The notes below the pieces were generated by a model. That model saw nothing but the letters and a program-made list of their open reading frames with translations. It was not told the DNA's origin and did no database searches. Positions 11,455 to 21,786 of a DNA stretch of 64,000 nt are shown piece after piece; the first letter of the stretch is position 1, and each line of letters begins with the position of its first letter. The translations under genes were made by a program, and so were the position numbers. Origin of the DNA: an uncultured bacterium (GTDB lineage: Bacteria; Chloroflexota; UBA5177; JANWHV01); contig CAVSOU010000010.1 of the NCBI GenBank assembly GCA_963729625.1, forward strand, positions 1,248,001 through 1,312,000, read 5' to 3'.

Positions 11455-12210
11455 ATGAACCACCTGCGAGCAGGAGAAGACGACAGCGCAGCGCCGACAA
11501 GTAGACGCCATGCCGTACGTCCGCCAGTCAGCGATACTGTGTCCGTGCTCGTGGTCGATAACCAAGCAATCTATCGGGCTGGAGTCGTGCATGCCCTGGC
11601 CATCGCCGATGCCACCATCCACGTGGTCGGCGAGGCTGCCGATGCGAATGAGGTACTTACTTTGGTCGAAGACCTGGTACCGCAGGTAGTATTGCTCAAT
11701 ACGGAGGCCGCAGGCAGTAGTGGGTTGGAACTGATACGCACAATCAGACGTACTGGGCGAACCAGCAACGTGATCATCACCAGCAACTATGAAGACGAAG
11801 ACCAACTCTTCGCCGCGATCAGGTTCGGTGCCGCAGGGTACGTCCTCAAGTCGGTCGGCATCGTCGAGCTGTGCGCGGCGATCCATCGGGTTGCAGTGGG
11901 AGACTACCCCATCAATAATCGTGTGCTGGCGAACCCCGCCTTAGCAGCCAAAGTGCTTGCATCGTTCCGCGAGCAGATTGCGGTGGCCGACCATCGGGTA
12001 GCACCGCTCTATTTGCCGCTTTCCGCGCGTGAGATACAAGTCCTGGAGCATGTCGGCAAGGGGAATAGCAACAAGGAGATCGCTCGCATTCTGCGTATCA
12101 GCGATCAAACGGTAAAGAATCACATCACTTCAATCATGCGTAAGCTCGCCGTGAACGATCGCACGCAGGCGGTGGTATATGCCCTGCATCACGGATGGAT
12201 CAGAGCATGA
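11455..12210 (+). CDS. NarL/LuxR-family response regulator with an atypical receiver
   Basis: Receiver fold ('VLVVDNQ', 'GAAGYVLK') plus LuxR HTH 'LSAREIQVL..VGKGNSNKEIA..L.ISDQTVKNHITSI'. True start may be downstream. Confidence 0.9.
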   Translation: MNHLRAGEDDSAAPTSRRHAVRPPVSDTVSVLVVDNQAIYRAGVVHALAIADATIHVVGEAADANEVLTLVEDLVPQVVLLNTEAAGSSGLELIRTIRRTGRTSNVIITSNYEDEDQLFAAIRFGAAGYVLKSVGIVELCAAIHRVAVGDYPINNRVLANPALAAKVLASFREQIAVADHRVAPLYLPLSAREIQVLEHVGKGNSNKEIARILRISDQTVKNHITSIMRKLAVNDRTQAVVYALHHGWIRA

Positions 12211-12308
12211 GCTAACCTACCGTGCCTGAGCTGGACCTGCTGCCGATGAGCCGCTGCAGTTGCCCTTCCTCGGATGATCCGTAGTACAGTCCACTGGGAT
12301 CGGGACCA

Positions 12309-12639
12309 TTGACGCGTGACCGGTCGTCGGAACGTACACGTCGTTCTGAAACAGATCAGATCGCGAAAGGAAAGTACGACTCGACGGCCGAAACCGATCG
12401 ACGAGTCGTGGAGAGGGACGCTGAAATCGCGGAGAAGCGCGGAGTGCCCCGGGTGCACGTCGCGCTTGCCTGGCTGCTCCCGAAGAAGCCAGAAGCCGGT
12501 GACAGCGCCGATCATCGGGGCCACCAAGATCTCGCATCTGGAAGTCGCCATTGGCGCTCTGTCCTTGAAGCTGACTCAGGAAGTAGTCGCCCACCTGGAA
12601 GAGCGGTATGTACCGCATCGCATCGTCGGTCACCAGTGA
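12309..12639 (+). pseudogene. Aldo/keto reductase C-terminal remnant
   Basis: 'EIAEKRGVPRVHVALAWLL' and, after a frameshift, 'VTAPIIGATKISHLEVAIGALSLKLT'. No N-terminal part. Confidence 0.75.
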
Positions 12640-12742
12640 TGACACCATACGGTTAGGCGGCATCGCCCAGCAAGGGGATGGCGGCACGCGGGTGAAGGAC
12701 GGGCCGACGCTGTATGCCTATCGCGCTGGCAGAGTCGCCGGT

Positions 12743-13177
12743 CTACAGGCGCTCCAGCGCGACCACGGGTATCTCGCGCGACGTCCGCTGCTGATACTCG
12801 TTGTAGTCCGGCCAGATGCCGGTCATCAGCCGCCAGAGTCGGGGCCGCTCCTCGGCAGTCGCCGTCCGTGCCCGGGCATGGAAGCGGTCGGCCAGCACCT
12901 GCAGGACGACTTCCGGGTCAGCGACCAGATTCTCGTACCAGCGCGGATGGTCAGCCGCCCCACCGTTTGAGGCCACCACAACATAGTGGTCGCCGTCCTT
13001 GCCGTAGATCAGCATCGTCCGCCGCGGCCTGCCGGAGCGCCGACCGAGGGTCGTGAGCGCCAGGGTGGTCACGCCCTGCCAGAGGTGCCCGTCCGCACCG
13101 CCGGTGGCCAGGTATCGGCGGAGATGGTCCGTCACCCACCCGGCGGGATTGTCGATAGGTTCGTCATCGAGCGACAT
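12743..13177 (-). CDS. Deazaflavin (F420)-dependent nitroreductase family protein (Ddn-like)
   Basis: 'LTTLGRRSGRPR', 'VVASNGGAADHPRWYENLVADP', 'YNEYQQRTSREIPVV'. Confidence 0.92.
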   Translation of the reverse strand: MSLDDEPIDNPAGWVTDHLRRYLATGGADGHLWQGVTTLALTTLGRRSGRPRRTMLIYGKDGDHYVVVASNGGAADHPRWYENLVADPEVVLQVLADRFHARARTATAEERPRLWRLMTGIWPDYNEYQQRTSREIPVVALERL

Positions 13178-13289
13178 GTCTCTCTCCTTCGGGCCTCTTC
13201 CCCGCCCAGGCGGGCTGACGGCCACACACACATGCTACAGGCTACCCTGCTATACCGCCGCGGCGGAAGTCCCACGTACGTTAGTCTAC

Positions 13290-13545
13290 AGCGGGGTGGA
13301 TGCACCGTACTTCCCCGGCCTAATCGATAAGCTCAATGCAACGATCCAAAAGGCCGTGGCGGGCTCCGGTGGCGAGTTACATTTCGCCTGATCGGGCCTT
13401 CACCGGGCACGACGTGTGCGTGGGGTCACCTTATTTCTTTCCGCTAGAGCTTGACAATGTGCTTGAAACGCTGCGTCCGAACGCCCAGGGCCGCACACAA
13501 CTTGCGGCTTTGCTGCGCAGCGCGGCCGATCCGCCGCCCGACTGA
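13290..13545 (+). pseudogene. SGNH/GDSL lipase C-terminal remnant
   Basis: 'IDKLNATIQKAVA', 'FTGHDVC', 'TLRPNAQGRTQLA' (degenerate FHPNxxG) in two frames. Boundaries are approximate. Confidence 0.5.
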
Positions 13546-13593
13546 CGAGGGCCTGGCCTTGCAGTTCAGCGATTGCCGGAGATTGCCGTTGAG

Positions 13594-14091
13594 TTACGTA
13601 TTCTCCCCGTCCTCGGTCAGATCGTCTCCAACACCTGCTCGGGCATCAGTCGCCAACTGACTGTCAGCCGATAACGGTTTGTACACAAAGCGGCTGGCAA
13701 ACAGGTAGCTGAACACGAACTTGCCGCCGATCCCAAGCACCTGCGCCAGATATTTGTTCACGCCGCCTAGCTCCTTGATGATCTGCGTGATGATCCAAGC
13801 AAGCGTGATATTCGCCGTCTGCAGCTTGATGCCGCGTCGCAACCACTCCCAGCCCCGCACGTGCTTTTGCTCGCCGAATGTGAACAATTGATTGGCGACA
13901 AGGTTGATTATGGCGCTTGCTTCGAATGCGAGCGCCGATGCCAGCCTATCCGCCCACACGCTATCCAGTCGGCCGCGAAGCAGAGCGGAAAACAGAACGA
14001 GGAAGCCAAGGTTGATCGGTACCCCGATGGCCCCAACGAGTCCATAGCGTACGAAGCGGCCGTGCCAGAGCGAACGCACCAAATCAAGCAT
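13594..14091 (-). CDS. GtrA family membrane protein
   Basis: 'FVRYGLVGAIG..INL', 'NLVANQLFTF', 'YLAQVLGI..KFVFSYLFASRFVY'; 3-4 hydrophobic segments. Confidence 0.85.
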   Translation of the reverse strand: MLDLVRSLWHGRFVRYGLVGAIGVPINLGFLVLFSALLRGRLDSVWADRLASALAFEASAIINLVANQLFTFGEQKHVRGWEWLRRGIKLQTANITLAWIITQIIKELGGVNKYLAQVLGIGGKFVFSYLFASRFVYKPLSADSQLATDARAGVGDDLTEDGENT

Positions 14092-14439
14092 AGTGCGATG
14101 CGGACATGCGGAGCGCGTCCGACCTCCTTTCACCGGCGAGGCGCGTGCCGGGGCATGCTTTGCATGCTTACAACCTGCGGCGCCCTGCGACCACAAGTAT
14201 ACGGTGTCCGGCGCGCGAGCTTCGTGGGTCGGCTACGACAACTACGCTGGCAGGCACTGCAACACCGCCGCAACGCCCTGTTTGTACATCACCGAGGGAT
14301 CCAGATCCTTTTGTAACCGTACCCGTGTCGACGGAGTCAGAGATCGGCGGTGTTGCGCTCGACCGACTCAACGTCCCTGCGCGCTCCCAGCCGGCGGAAG
14401 ATCGCCAGTGCCGCCTCCAGCACACCCATAACTGGAGAA

Positions 14440-14535
14440 GGGAGTAGCTCGAGCGATTGGGTAACGACACGTGTGAAAAACCGAGGCCCGGGCCTGACCT
14501 CTGAACAAGCGGAGCGTGTATTCGACAAGTTCTAA
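14440..14535 (+). pseudogene. Short histidine-kinase HATPase remnant
   Basis: 'VTTRVKNRGPGLTSEQAERVFDKF' resembles the G1/F boxes (VxDxGPGI...RIFDKF). Isolated fragment. Confidence 0.45.
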
Positions 14536-14578
14536 CGAGTGCACTCCGGCTGCTACGCCTCAACCTCGAGCGCGACGG

Positions 14579-14935
14579 CTATTGCGTCTCGACAGAGAGC
14601 GATGCGGCCGGGGCGCTGGTCGCGAACTCGCGCACCGCGGTGTCTGCCGGCTGCGCAGCAAGGTAGGTGCGGAGCAGATCGAGCAACGGCGCATAGGGGA
14701 ACGTGTGGTCGGGCTCGAAGCAGCGACCGGCGAGTACCAACATCCTGCGGGCGGCGGCGCGTGCCCGCGCTTCGGCCACCAGCCGCGACTTGCCGATCCC
14801 CGCCTCACCGGTGACGAACAGCACTTGCCCTTCGGCTGAACGTGCCGCCTCGATCTGCGCATCCAGTGCGGCAAGATAGGGCACGCGGCCGACAACGATC
14901 GGACAAACCAGCGGCCTGTTGAGTGGGGATGCCAT
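14579..14935 (-). pseudogene. N-terminal fragment of an AAA/STAND ATPase regulator (LuxR/MalT-like)
   Basis: 'CPIVVGR', Walker A 'VTGEAGIGKSRLV', 'GRCFE...PYAPLLDLLR'; stops after 118 aa. Confidence 0.8.
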
Positions 14936-15089
14936 CGCACCTGCCCCGGTAGATGGAGGTAGTCGTCATCGTGTGGATTGGTATCTATTATAGGCGCGCA
15001 AAGCCAGTGCGAGCGCGAGCAGCGACCACAGGCTGCAGGAGCGGCTTCGTTCCCGCCTGCGCTCGGCCTACGGGTAGCTGGTTGTCGCG

Positions 15090-15610
15090 AATGTCGTGCC
15101 GATGCTTGCCCCGCGCCTGAATCCCGCACGAGCAATCCGGCAAGAGGAATCACCAGGTACGGCGTGGCGAGCGCCACAGTAAGGCCCGGATAGCCCCATG
15201 AGTCGGCGATACGCCCACTGCACAGGTTGCCGAGCACGAGACCGAGACTCGTGCCGACACTCACCAGACCGAACACGCGCCCGCGACTTTCGCCGCGGGT
15301 AGAGAGCGCAGTCAGAATGTTGATCATCGTCGTGGCGATGCCGGTGACGAACCAGAGGACGCCGGCCAGGCGCAGTATGGGCACCAAGGCGTGACGCCGC
15401 ACGGCAGCCAGGTCACCGGCACAGCAAGCGCACCGTCCACGATGAGCAGGTGCTTGCTCCGCTGCACGAGATCGGCCAACCGCCCTGTCACCACGGAGCT
15501 GACGGCCAGTGAGAGATAGGCGAACGCCAGAAAGAAGCCGGCGACGGACGAGCCGGCACCGAGCTGCAGTAGGTATACCGGCATCAGTCCGACCCGCAAC
15601 TTGCCCCACC
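15090..15610 (-). pseudogene. MFS transporter fragment, frameshifted
   Basis: 'LMPVYLLQLGAG...TGRLAD' then, in another frame, 'ESRGRVFGLV...LGNLCSGRIADSWGY'. Only about half an MFS. Boundaries are approximate. Confidence 0.7.
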
Positions 15611-16070
15611 CCCATCGGGCTGCGCAGTCTAGCGCGGGACCCGCCGCTGTCGGCCGCGCGTGGTTCGTGACGGCACAAACTCGCGCGCGCTATCGGGGAG
15701 CCGACGGTTTTGCCATCTAGACCGAGGCTGGCAGGCACGTGTGGCTGCCCGATGCCCGGCGCGTTGCTGAGTATCTCCGGCAGAGCACTGATAGTCCGCT
15801 CGTTTGAGGTTGAGCTGTATGGGAAGCAGCAACGAACTGACAGATACCACAATGACCTTCGGCAAGTTTTGCTTGGCGCGCTCGAAAGCGGCTGACTGCA
15901 GTGGCTTTCGGTACTTTGATACTCGTTGAATGAAGGAACTGGCGCTGACCGTAGCCGAAGCGTGATAATGGTTCTGAGACGATGCTCTCCTGCGCTTGCA
16001 ATTCGCTGCTTCAGGGCGGCCGTTGACCTCGCGAACCGGACAGGTCAAAAGGTGAAGAGAGGGACGGAAC

Positions 16071-17498
16071 GTGGAAGCACTGCGAGAAGCGGTGGCGGGG
16101 ACGGCCTGGATAGACACGCACGAACACCTGGTTGAGCCGGCAACCCGGGCACGCGGTGCCGGGGCGCATGCTGATCTGCAGCCGTGTATCGATTTCGCAT
16201 TGCTGTTTGCCCATTATGCGGTGGACGATCTCACGGCCGCCGGGATGCCCACCGTCGACCGGGCGCGCCTGCTGGATCCGGAGGTTGCGGTTGCCACCAA
16301 GTGGAACCTGCTCCGTCCCTGGTGGGAACGCACGCGCCACACCGGCTCTATGCGGGCCGTTGCCGAGACGGCACGCATCTTGTATGGGGTGCAGGAGTGG
16401 AACGTCGCGACATGTGAACGTATCAGCGCCGAGTTGCAGGCCGATAGCGTCCGAGCGGGACACTATGCCGATGTCCTACGCCGGTCAGGGGTGTTGACGT
16501 GCCAGGTGAACTCGCTCGAAGTACTTCCCTTTTGTGAGACGAGCGAGCGTGACTACCTCTTGCAAGACCTCAGCCTCCTGCCCTTGTCCACGGATCTGGA
16601 CATTGCCGGCATGTGCCGACTGAGCGGGTTGGCGGCAACGGACCTGCGAGGGTGGCACGAGATCATCGACTGGACTTTCGCGCGCTGCGGACCGCAGGCG
16701 GTCGCCGTCAAGAGCCAGGCCGCCTACGCCCGCAGGCTTGACTACCGAGATGTGCCGGCTCGCGAGGCGGCACCCCACTTCGCTCGCGCCGCCCGCGGGG
16801 AGCCGCTGGCCCCTGTCGAGAGCAGGGCGCTGCAGGATCACCTGATGCGCTATTGCCTGGGCAAGGCCATGGCTGCCGGGCTGCCCGTCAAGCTCCATTG
16901 CGGCTTCTATGCCGGCACGGGTGTCATGCCGCTCGACCGTGTGCGGCATAATGCCGGCGATGTCTGCGCGCTCTTGCAGGATTTCGGGGATGCGCGCTTC
17001 GTGCTGATGCATATTGGATACCCGTACCAGGACGAGTACATCGCCCTGGCCAAGCACTACGCAAACGCGTATGTCGATCTTTGCTGGGCGTGGCTTGTCA
17101 ATCCTGCAGCCAGCACGCGCTTCCTGTACGAATACCTGATGGCGGCGCCCGCCAACAAAGTGCTGTGCTTCGGCGGGGACTACGCAACGGTGGAAAACGT
17201 GGCAGGCCACGCGGCTGTGGCACGGCAGGGGCTGGTGCTGACGCTGGAGCGCCTGGTCGCCGACGGTTGGCTGGCCCCCGCCCAAGCGCTGGAGTTAGTT
17301 CCCAGACTGATGAAGCAAAACGCGCAGGAACTCTTTGACCTGGATGCAGCGGGACGCCTGCGCAAATCGGCGCGGCCGGGCGATTCCAGCTCAGCAACGG
17401 CGATGGCTATGCAAGCGGGAGGAGCTAGAGCATGCCCTTCTGGCACCGGCAATCGGCAGACGAGCACGAACGGGAGCAGGAGCACCAACGCCACATAG
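16071..17498 (+). CDS. Amidohydrolase superfamily protein
   Basis: 'IDTHEH', 'VKLHCG', 'FVLMHIGYP', 'VDLCW', 'FGGDY' are metal-ligand motifs. A low-complexity tail overlaps the next gene. Confidence 0.85.
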   Translation: MEALREAVAGTAWIDTHEHLVEPATRARGAGAHADLQPCIDFALLFAHYAVDDLTAAGMPTVDRARLLDPEVAVATKWNLLRPWWERTRHTGSMRAVAETARILYGVQEWNVATCERISAELQADSVRAGHYADVLRRSGVLTCQVNSLEVLPFCETSERDYLLQDLSLLPLSTDLDIAGMCRLSGLAATDLRGWHEIIDWTFARCGPQAVAVKSQAAYARRLDYRDVPAREAAPHFARAARGEPLAPVESRALQDHLMRYCLGKAMAAGLPVKLHCGFYAGTGVMPLDRVRHNAGDVCALLQDFGDARFVLMHIGYPYQDEYIALAKHYANAYVDLCWAWLVNPAASTRFLYEYLMAAPANKVLCFGGDYATVENVAGHAAVARQGLVLTLERLVADGWLAPAQALELVPRLMKQNAQELFDLDAAGRLRKSARPGDSSSATAMAMQAGGARACPSGTGNRQTSTNGSRSTNAT

Positions 17499-18421
17499 CG
17501 GAGCGCGCCGCCCTGGAGCAGGCGCGCGTAGCTGAAGCGCAGCGCCGCCAGGCAGCGGATCTCAAGCTGCTTGCCAGTGGCGGCATTCCTACGACGGCGC
17601 GATCACGTCTCAACACACTCAAGGGCGCAATAGCCACCGGTGGCAGCTTCAACAGCGATTTGTCGCCGAGTGAAGCTGCCTTGCTGCACTACGGCGGCCA
17701 TACCCCCCTGGGTTTGGTTGGCGGAAGTGCGATGTACTACGTGGGTGAGCCCTCCGTTCGCGGCGGGGAACTGAGATCCATGTCGCGCGCCTACAACCAC
17801 GCCACTGACCTTGCTGTCGGACGGATGGCGAAAGAAGCCCGTGAGCTTCGGGCGCACGGGGTGGTCGGTGTGCGTCTCTCGTTCGTGCGTCACGAGTGGG
17901 GCGAGGATTGCGTCGAAGTGCGGGTAGTGGGAACGGCCGTCTTGACCGCGGGATCGAGAACGCAACGTCCGTGGATGTCGGACCTTTCCGGGCAGGAATG
18001 GTGGATGTTGCAACGGGCCGGCTTCGAAGCGGTGGGTCTCGTGTATGCGCATACTGCCTGGCTCGCCGTCACCACCGCCGCCGATCGGCAAATCGAAAGA
18101 AATCGCGAGAACAAAGAATTCAGACACTGGAGCAGCGCGTGGAAAAGAAGTCGCGACATCGCTGGCGTCCGTGTTCAGGAGATGGCGCAGGAACTAGACG
18201 CCGACGGCGTGGTTGGCGTGCATCTCTCCCGTCGGGTTGAAGACATCGAGCTCGAAGGAGCAGCGGAGCATCTGCTCACGCTCAGCGTGATTGGCACCGC
18301 TGTCCGCCACGTGCCAGGCAAAGACGAGACCGCGGCCCACACTCGCCCCGTGGTCTCGCTTCGCAGCGGAAGACTCGAGCCTACCTTGCGTGTGTCGGCT
18401 CCCGCAGCGGTAGTGGAGTAA
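17432..18421 (+). CDS. Tandem YbjQ/UPF0145-like domain protein (paralogue 1)
   Basis: Two repeats of 'SDLS...PLGLV.G...RM..EA..L.A.GVVGV...GTAV'; GGAGG RBS. Confidence 0.8.
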   Translation: MPFWHRQSADEHEREQEHQRHIAERAALEQARVAEAQRRQAADLKLLASGGIPTTARSRLNTLKGAIATGGSFNSDLSPSEAALLHYGGHTPLGLVGGSAMYYVGEPSVRGGELRSMSRAYNHATDLAVGRMAKEARELRAHGVVGVRLSFVRHEWGEDCVEVRVVGTAVLTAGSRTQRPWMSDLSGQEWWMLQRAGFEAVGLVYAHTAWLAVTTAADRQIERNRENKEFRHWSSAWKRSRDIAGVRVQEMAQELDADGVVGVHLSRRVEDIELEGAAEHLLTLSVIGTAVRHVPGKDETAAHTRPVVSLRSGRLEPTLRVSAPAAVVE

Positions 18422-18479
18422 CGGGACGCACGCACCCGAATACGCGAGTGCGTCCCAGACAGCGTCTGTATCGGCGCCG

Positions 18480-19310
18480 TCAGTCGACCAGCGGGAGCAC
18501 CAGCGTCGGCGGCTCGATCACGTGGTCCTTGCTCAATTCATCGACTGCGGTGCCGACGGCGAAGAACTCGATGACATGGCTGCCCCAGGTGTGCGAGTGC
18601 TCGTGGATGTCGGCGCCGACGATGCCCTTTGCGCCCAGCGCCTCCGCTTCAGCCTGCATCCGTTCCATTGCCAGCTCACGGCTGTCGTACAGGGCCTGCG
18701 TATACTGCATCAGCTCCTGGTTCTGGTTCATGCCTTTCATGAAGGCACTGAATCCCTGTTTGGCCACATGGTAGACGCAGTTTCCCATAACCATACCAAG
18801 GGGCCGGTAGCCGGAACGCAGCAATATATAGAAGTCCTGGCCGGAGAGATCGCTCGTAAACGGCTTCCCGTGCTTGTTCTTGAAACGGCTCGGGTCATTC
18901 CGGTGAGCAACGGCGGTGCCGATCGCCACGAATTCCGCCACATGCTCGCCCCAATCCTTGTGGTTGACGTCCAGCCGCACACCCACCACGCCGTCCGCAC
19001 CCAGCGCAGTCGCTTCCTCTTCCATCCGTTCCATCGCCAGCTCTCGCGCACGGTACATGGCCTGCGTGAGCACGGTCATTTCCTCGTTCTTGCTCCAGCT
19101 CGACTGCTGGTAGCCGACATGATAGATGCTCGAGCCCACGACCAGGCCAATCGGATCGAAGCCAGCTTCTTTCACGAGAAGAAACTCGCTGGTAGACAGA
19201 TCGCTGGTGAAGAGCCGCTTCTCCTCGTCGCGCCCGCGCATCTCCACGAGACGTTCCCGCGCATGTTCCGGCAGTGCCGCAAACTCGCTATCCTTCGTCA
19301 GCTCGTCCAT
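18480..19310 (-). CDS. Tandem YbjQ/UPF0145-like domain protein (paralogue 2)
   Basis: Two repeats of 'FTSDLS...ARELAMERM..EA.ALGA.G.VG...EF.A.GTAV'. Confidence 0.9.
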   Translation of the reverse strand: MDELTKDSEFAALPEHARERLVEMRGRDEEKRLFTSDLSTSEFLLVKEAGFDPIGLVVGSSIYHVGYQQSSWSKNEEMTVLTQAMYRARELAMERMEEEATALGADGVVGVRLDVNHKDWGEHVAEFVAIGTAVAHRNDPSRFKNKHGKPFTSDLSGQDFYILLRSGYRPLGMVMGNCVYHVAKQGFSAFMKGMNQNQELMQYTQALYDSRELAMERMQAEAEALGAKGIVGADIHEHSHTWGSHVIEFFAVGTAVDELSKDHVIEPPTLVLPLVD

Positions 19311-19380
19311 GCTTTCTCACCTTTACTTATGTCCTGGCCCGCGCGTTCGGGATGTTGGCCACGGGCAGGCGTGCCGCACG

Positions 19381-20436
19381 CTAGTCGAACGTGGCCTCGC
19401 CGATCGAGATCGTCGACGGCATAAGGCGGCCGTCACCCAAGGACAGGACGGTGCCCGTGGCCCGAATGGTGGCGGGCGCGTCCGGCCGCAAGCGGATTGC
19501 CGTACCAATCATGCTGAGCATCATGCTGTGGTGTTCTCGCTCGTATGCCGGATTCTTGTCCGGGCCATACAACCTCATCTTTGAGACATGTCGCGAATAA
19601 TGGACTCCGACAATGCCAATCGCCTGCAACTGCTGCCCCATCTTGACGGCGGCCGAAGAGGCACGGTTCCTGCACTGTGTCAGTGCGGCACTGAAATGCG
19701 ATAGCTCCGTGTTTCCGACGCTTCGCTCGTTCCACTCGTCGCTCGCTGCCGTGAGCACGAACCACGCACAATGACCGTAGACAAGTGCAATCGGGTGATA
19801 ACCGGCCCGATGCAACGCCCACCAATCCTGGCCGGACAGATCCGAGAGCCAGGGCGTGGAGAGCGCGCGGTCGGGACCAGCGACGGCGGTCCCGAGCACT
19901 CGCACCTCAATGCTCTTCGCGCTCCACTCGCGCCGGACGATATCGAAGCGAACGCCAATCACTCCCTGTGCGCCTACAGCCGATGCTTCTTGTTGCATGC
20001 GCGAGACCGCAAGCCCGGTCGCCGACGTGTACGCGGCCGACAGCTCGCGCATCTCCGAGTCGGAGCTTCCTGACGCATGGACGATGCCGACGTGATACAT
20101 GGCGCTGCCGCTGACCAAACCCAGGCTCCGGTAGCCGTTTCGTCGCAGCAGGGCGGATTCGGCGGGAGAGAGGTCGCTGGAGAAAAACGTCTGCTGGGGA
20201 TCGGTCCCGCGAATCGTTGCCAGGCGCTGCGTGGCCATCGCCGGAATACCGCCGCCACCGAGCAGCCGGAGATCCGCAGCCTGGCGGACGGCCTCGGACT
20301 CGCGATTGGCATCGATCAGCTTGTCGAGTTCTGCTCGCCGCTGCTTCTCGGCGTCTTTGGAGATTTCCTGTTCCTGGCTCGTGTGATGCCAGGGCAAATG
20401 AAAGTGGGATCGTTTGGGCTCGCCTGACGACTCCAT
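19381..20436 (-). CDS. Tandem YbjQ/UPF0145-like domain protein (paralogue 3)
   Basis: Same two-domain pattern ('FSSDLS', 'WLSDLSGQDWW', 'GTAV/GTAI'); closely parallels paralogue 1. Confidence 0.8.
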   Translation of the reverse strand: MESSGEPKRSHFHLPWHHTSQEQEISKDAEKQRRAELDKLIDANRESEAVRQAADLRLLGGGGIPAMATQRLATIRGTDPQQTFFSSDLSPAESALLRRNGYRSLGLVSGSAMYHVGIVHASGSSDSEMRELSAAYTSATGLAVSRMQQEASAVGAQGVIGVRFDIVRREWSAKSIEVRVLGTAVAGPDRALSTPWLSDLSGQDWWALHRAGYHPIALVYGHCAWFVLTAASDEWNERSVGNTELSHFSAALTQCRNRASSAAVKMGQQLQAIGIVGVHYSRHVSKMRLYGPDKNPAYEREHHSMMLSMIGTAIRLRPDAPATIRATGTVLSLGDGRLMPSTISIGEATFD

Positions 20437-20740
20437 GCGCTGTATCCCTCCTTACACAGATGCCCAGTCAGGCATGCGAGCCATACTCCTCCAATATGCC
20501 ACGAGTTTAGTTTGTATGGCAGCCACCCGCCGCGCAGAGCGCGGCTGACGAGTGTGACTACTGTTCGAAGATAACGACCGTGAGACAGGACACGTGCACC
20601 GTCAATCAGGTCTCTATTCTCACACGATACGACAGCGTACACTGGGTTCACGAGCGGCGTGCTGGTACCACGAGGGAACACGAGGGAAGCGTACTTCCAT
20701 GGAGCCGTACTCAAGCAGTAACCGGGGCGAACACACGGAT

Positions 20741-21643
20741 ATGGCGCCGCCCATCGCGACGCCGTTGCTGCGCCTTGCGACCATTTCCGTGCTCGCCATT
20801 CTGCTCGGTGCAGGCGGCGCACTTTTCGTCATGCGATCTGCGCCTGCCGTGACACTGTCCCAGCGGACGAAGCCAGGTGTTGCCGCGCTCACGGGCGCGG
20901 CGAACCCCCTGCACATTCTCTTCATTGGCAACAGCTACACAACTGTGAACGATCTGCCTGGAACACTCGGGCGACTCGCGGCGTCCGGAGGCAACGCGAT
21001 CGCAACCAGTGTCCTGGGGGAGGGTGGCTGGACATTGTCAGAGCACGAGACAGCACAGGAGACCGCCACCGCGCTGCACGATGTACGCTGGGACCTCGTT
21101 GTGCTGCAAGAACAAAGCCAGGTGCCCGCCAGCAGCAGCGACCGGACGCAGACAATGTATCCGGCGGTGCGCGCACTGGCACGCGCCAGCCAGTCGATCG
21201 GGGCCACCCCGCTGCTCTTTCTCACCTGGGGGCACCGCACCGGCTGGCCCGAGCTGGGCCTTCAGAGCTATGCGGCGATGCAGGACCAGGTGACGAACGG
21301 CTACACCACCATCGCGAATCAGTTGGGGTTGCCTGTCGCCCCGGTCGGCGAAGCATGGCGGCAGGGCACTACCACCTCACCACCCCTCGACCTCTGGCAA
21401 GCGGACGACAGCCACCCGACCATGCAAGGCACGTATCTGGCCGCCTGCGTCTTCTATGCGACCATCTTCCGGAGAAGCCCGCAGGGGCTGGCCTTCCAGG
21501 ATGGCCTCAACCCCGCCGTCGCCCGCACCATTCAGAACGTCGCGGCCCAGACCGTGCTCGGTGACCTGTCGCGCTGGAACCTTCGTGCGGCGCTGTCAGC
21601 GCCGCAAGCTACAGCAACGAACGACCGGGTTGCCCTGCCGTAG
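20741..21643 (+). CDS. Exported SGNH/GDSL hydrolase (DUF4886-like)
   Basis: N-terminal hydrophobic segment; 'ILFIGNSYT', 'WDLVVLQEQSQ', 'APVGEAW', 'DDSHPT..GTYLAAC'. Start is uncertain (20699 or 20741). Confidence 0.85.
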   Translation: MAPPIATPLLRLATISVLAILLGAGGALFVMRSAPAVTLSQRTKPGVAALTGAANPLHILFIGNSYTTVNDLPGTLGRLAASGGNAIATSVLGEGGWTLSEHETAQETATALHDVRWDLVVLQEQSQVPASSSDRTQTMYPAVRALARASQSIGATPLLFLTWGHRTGWPELGLQSYAAMQDQVTNGYTTIANQLGLPVAPVGEAWRQGTTTSPPLDLWQADDSHPTMQGTYLAACVFYATIFRRSPQGLAFQDGLNPAVARTIQNVAAQTVLGDLSRWNLRAALSAPQATATNDRVALP

Positions 21644-21786
21644 TCACACACAAGCGTGAGGGATCGAGGGAGGCGGCGACCGTCGGGAATCTCAGCTGTC
21701 CAATCTGCGCACCGCGGGAGACGGCCTCCTCGGCGGACGACGAAGCCGCAGTGCCTGATCGCCACAAGGGCGCACGAAGCCGCGCC

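Noticed and set aside
14560-15852. 430-aa ORF as one gene
   Set aside because: Only a central stretch is MFS-like. The remainder is off-frame sequence across unrelated fragments.
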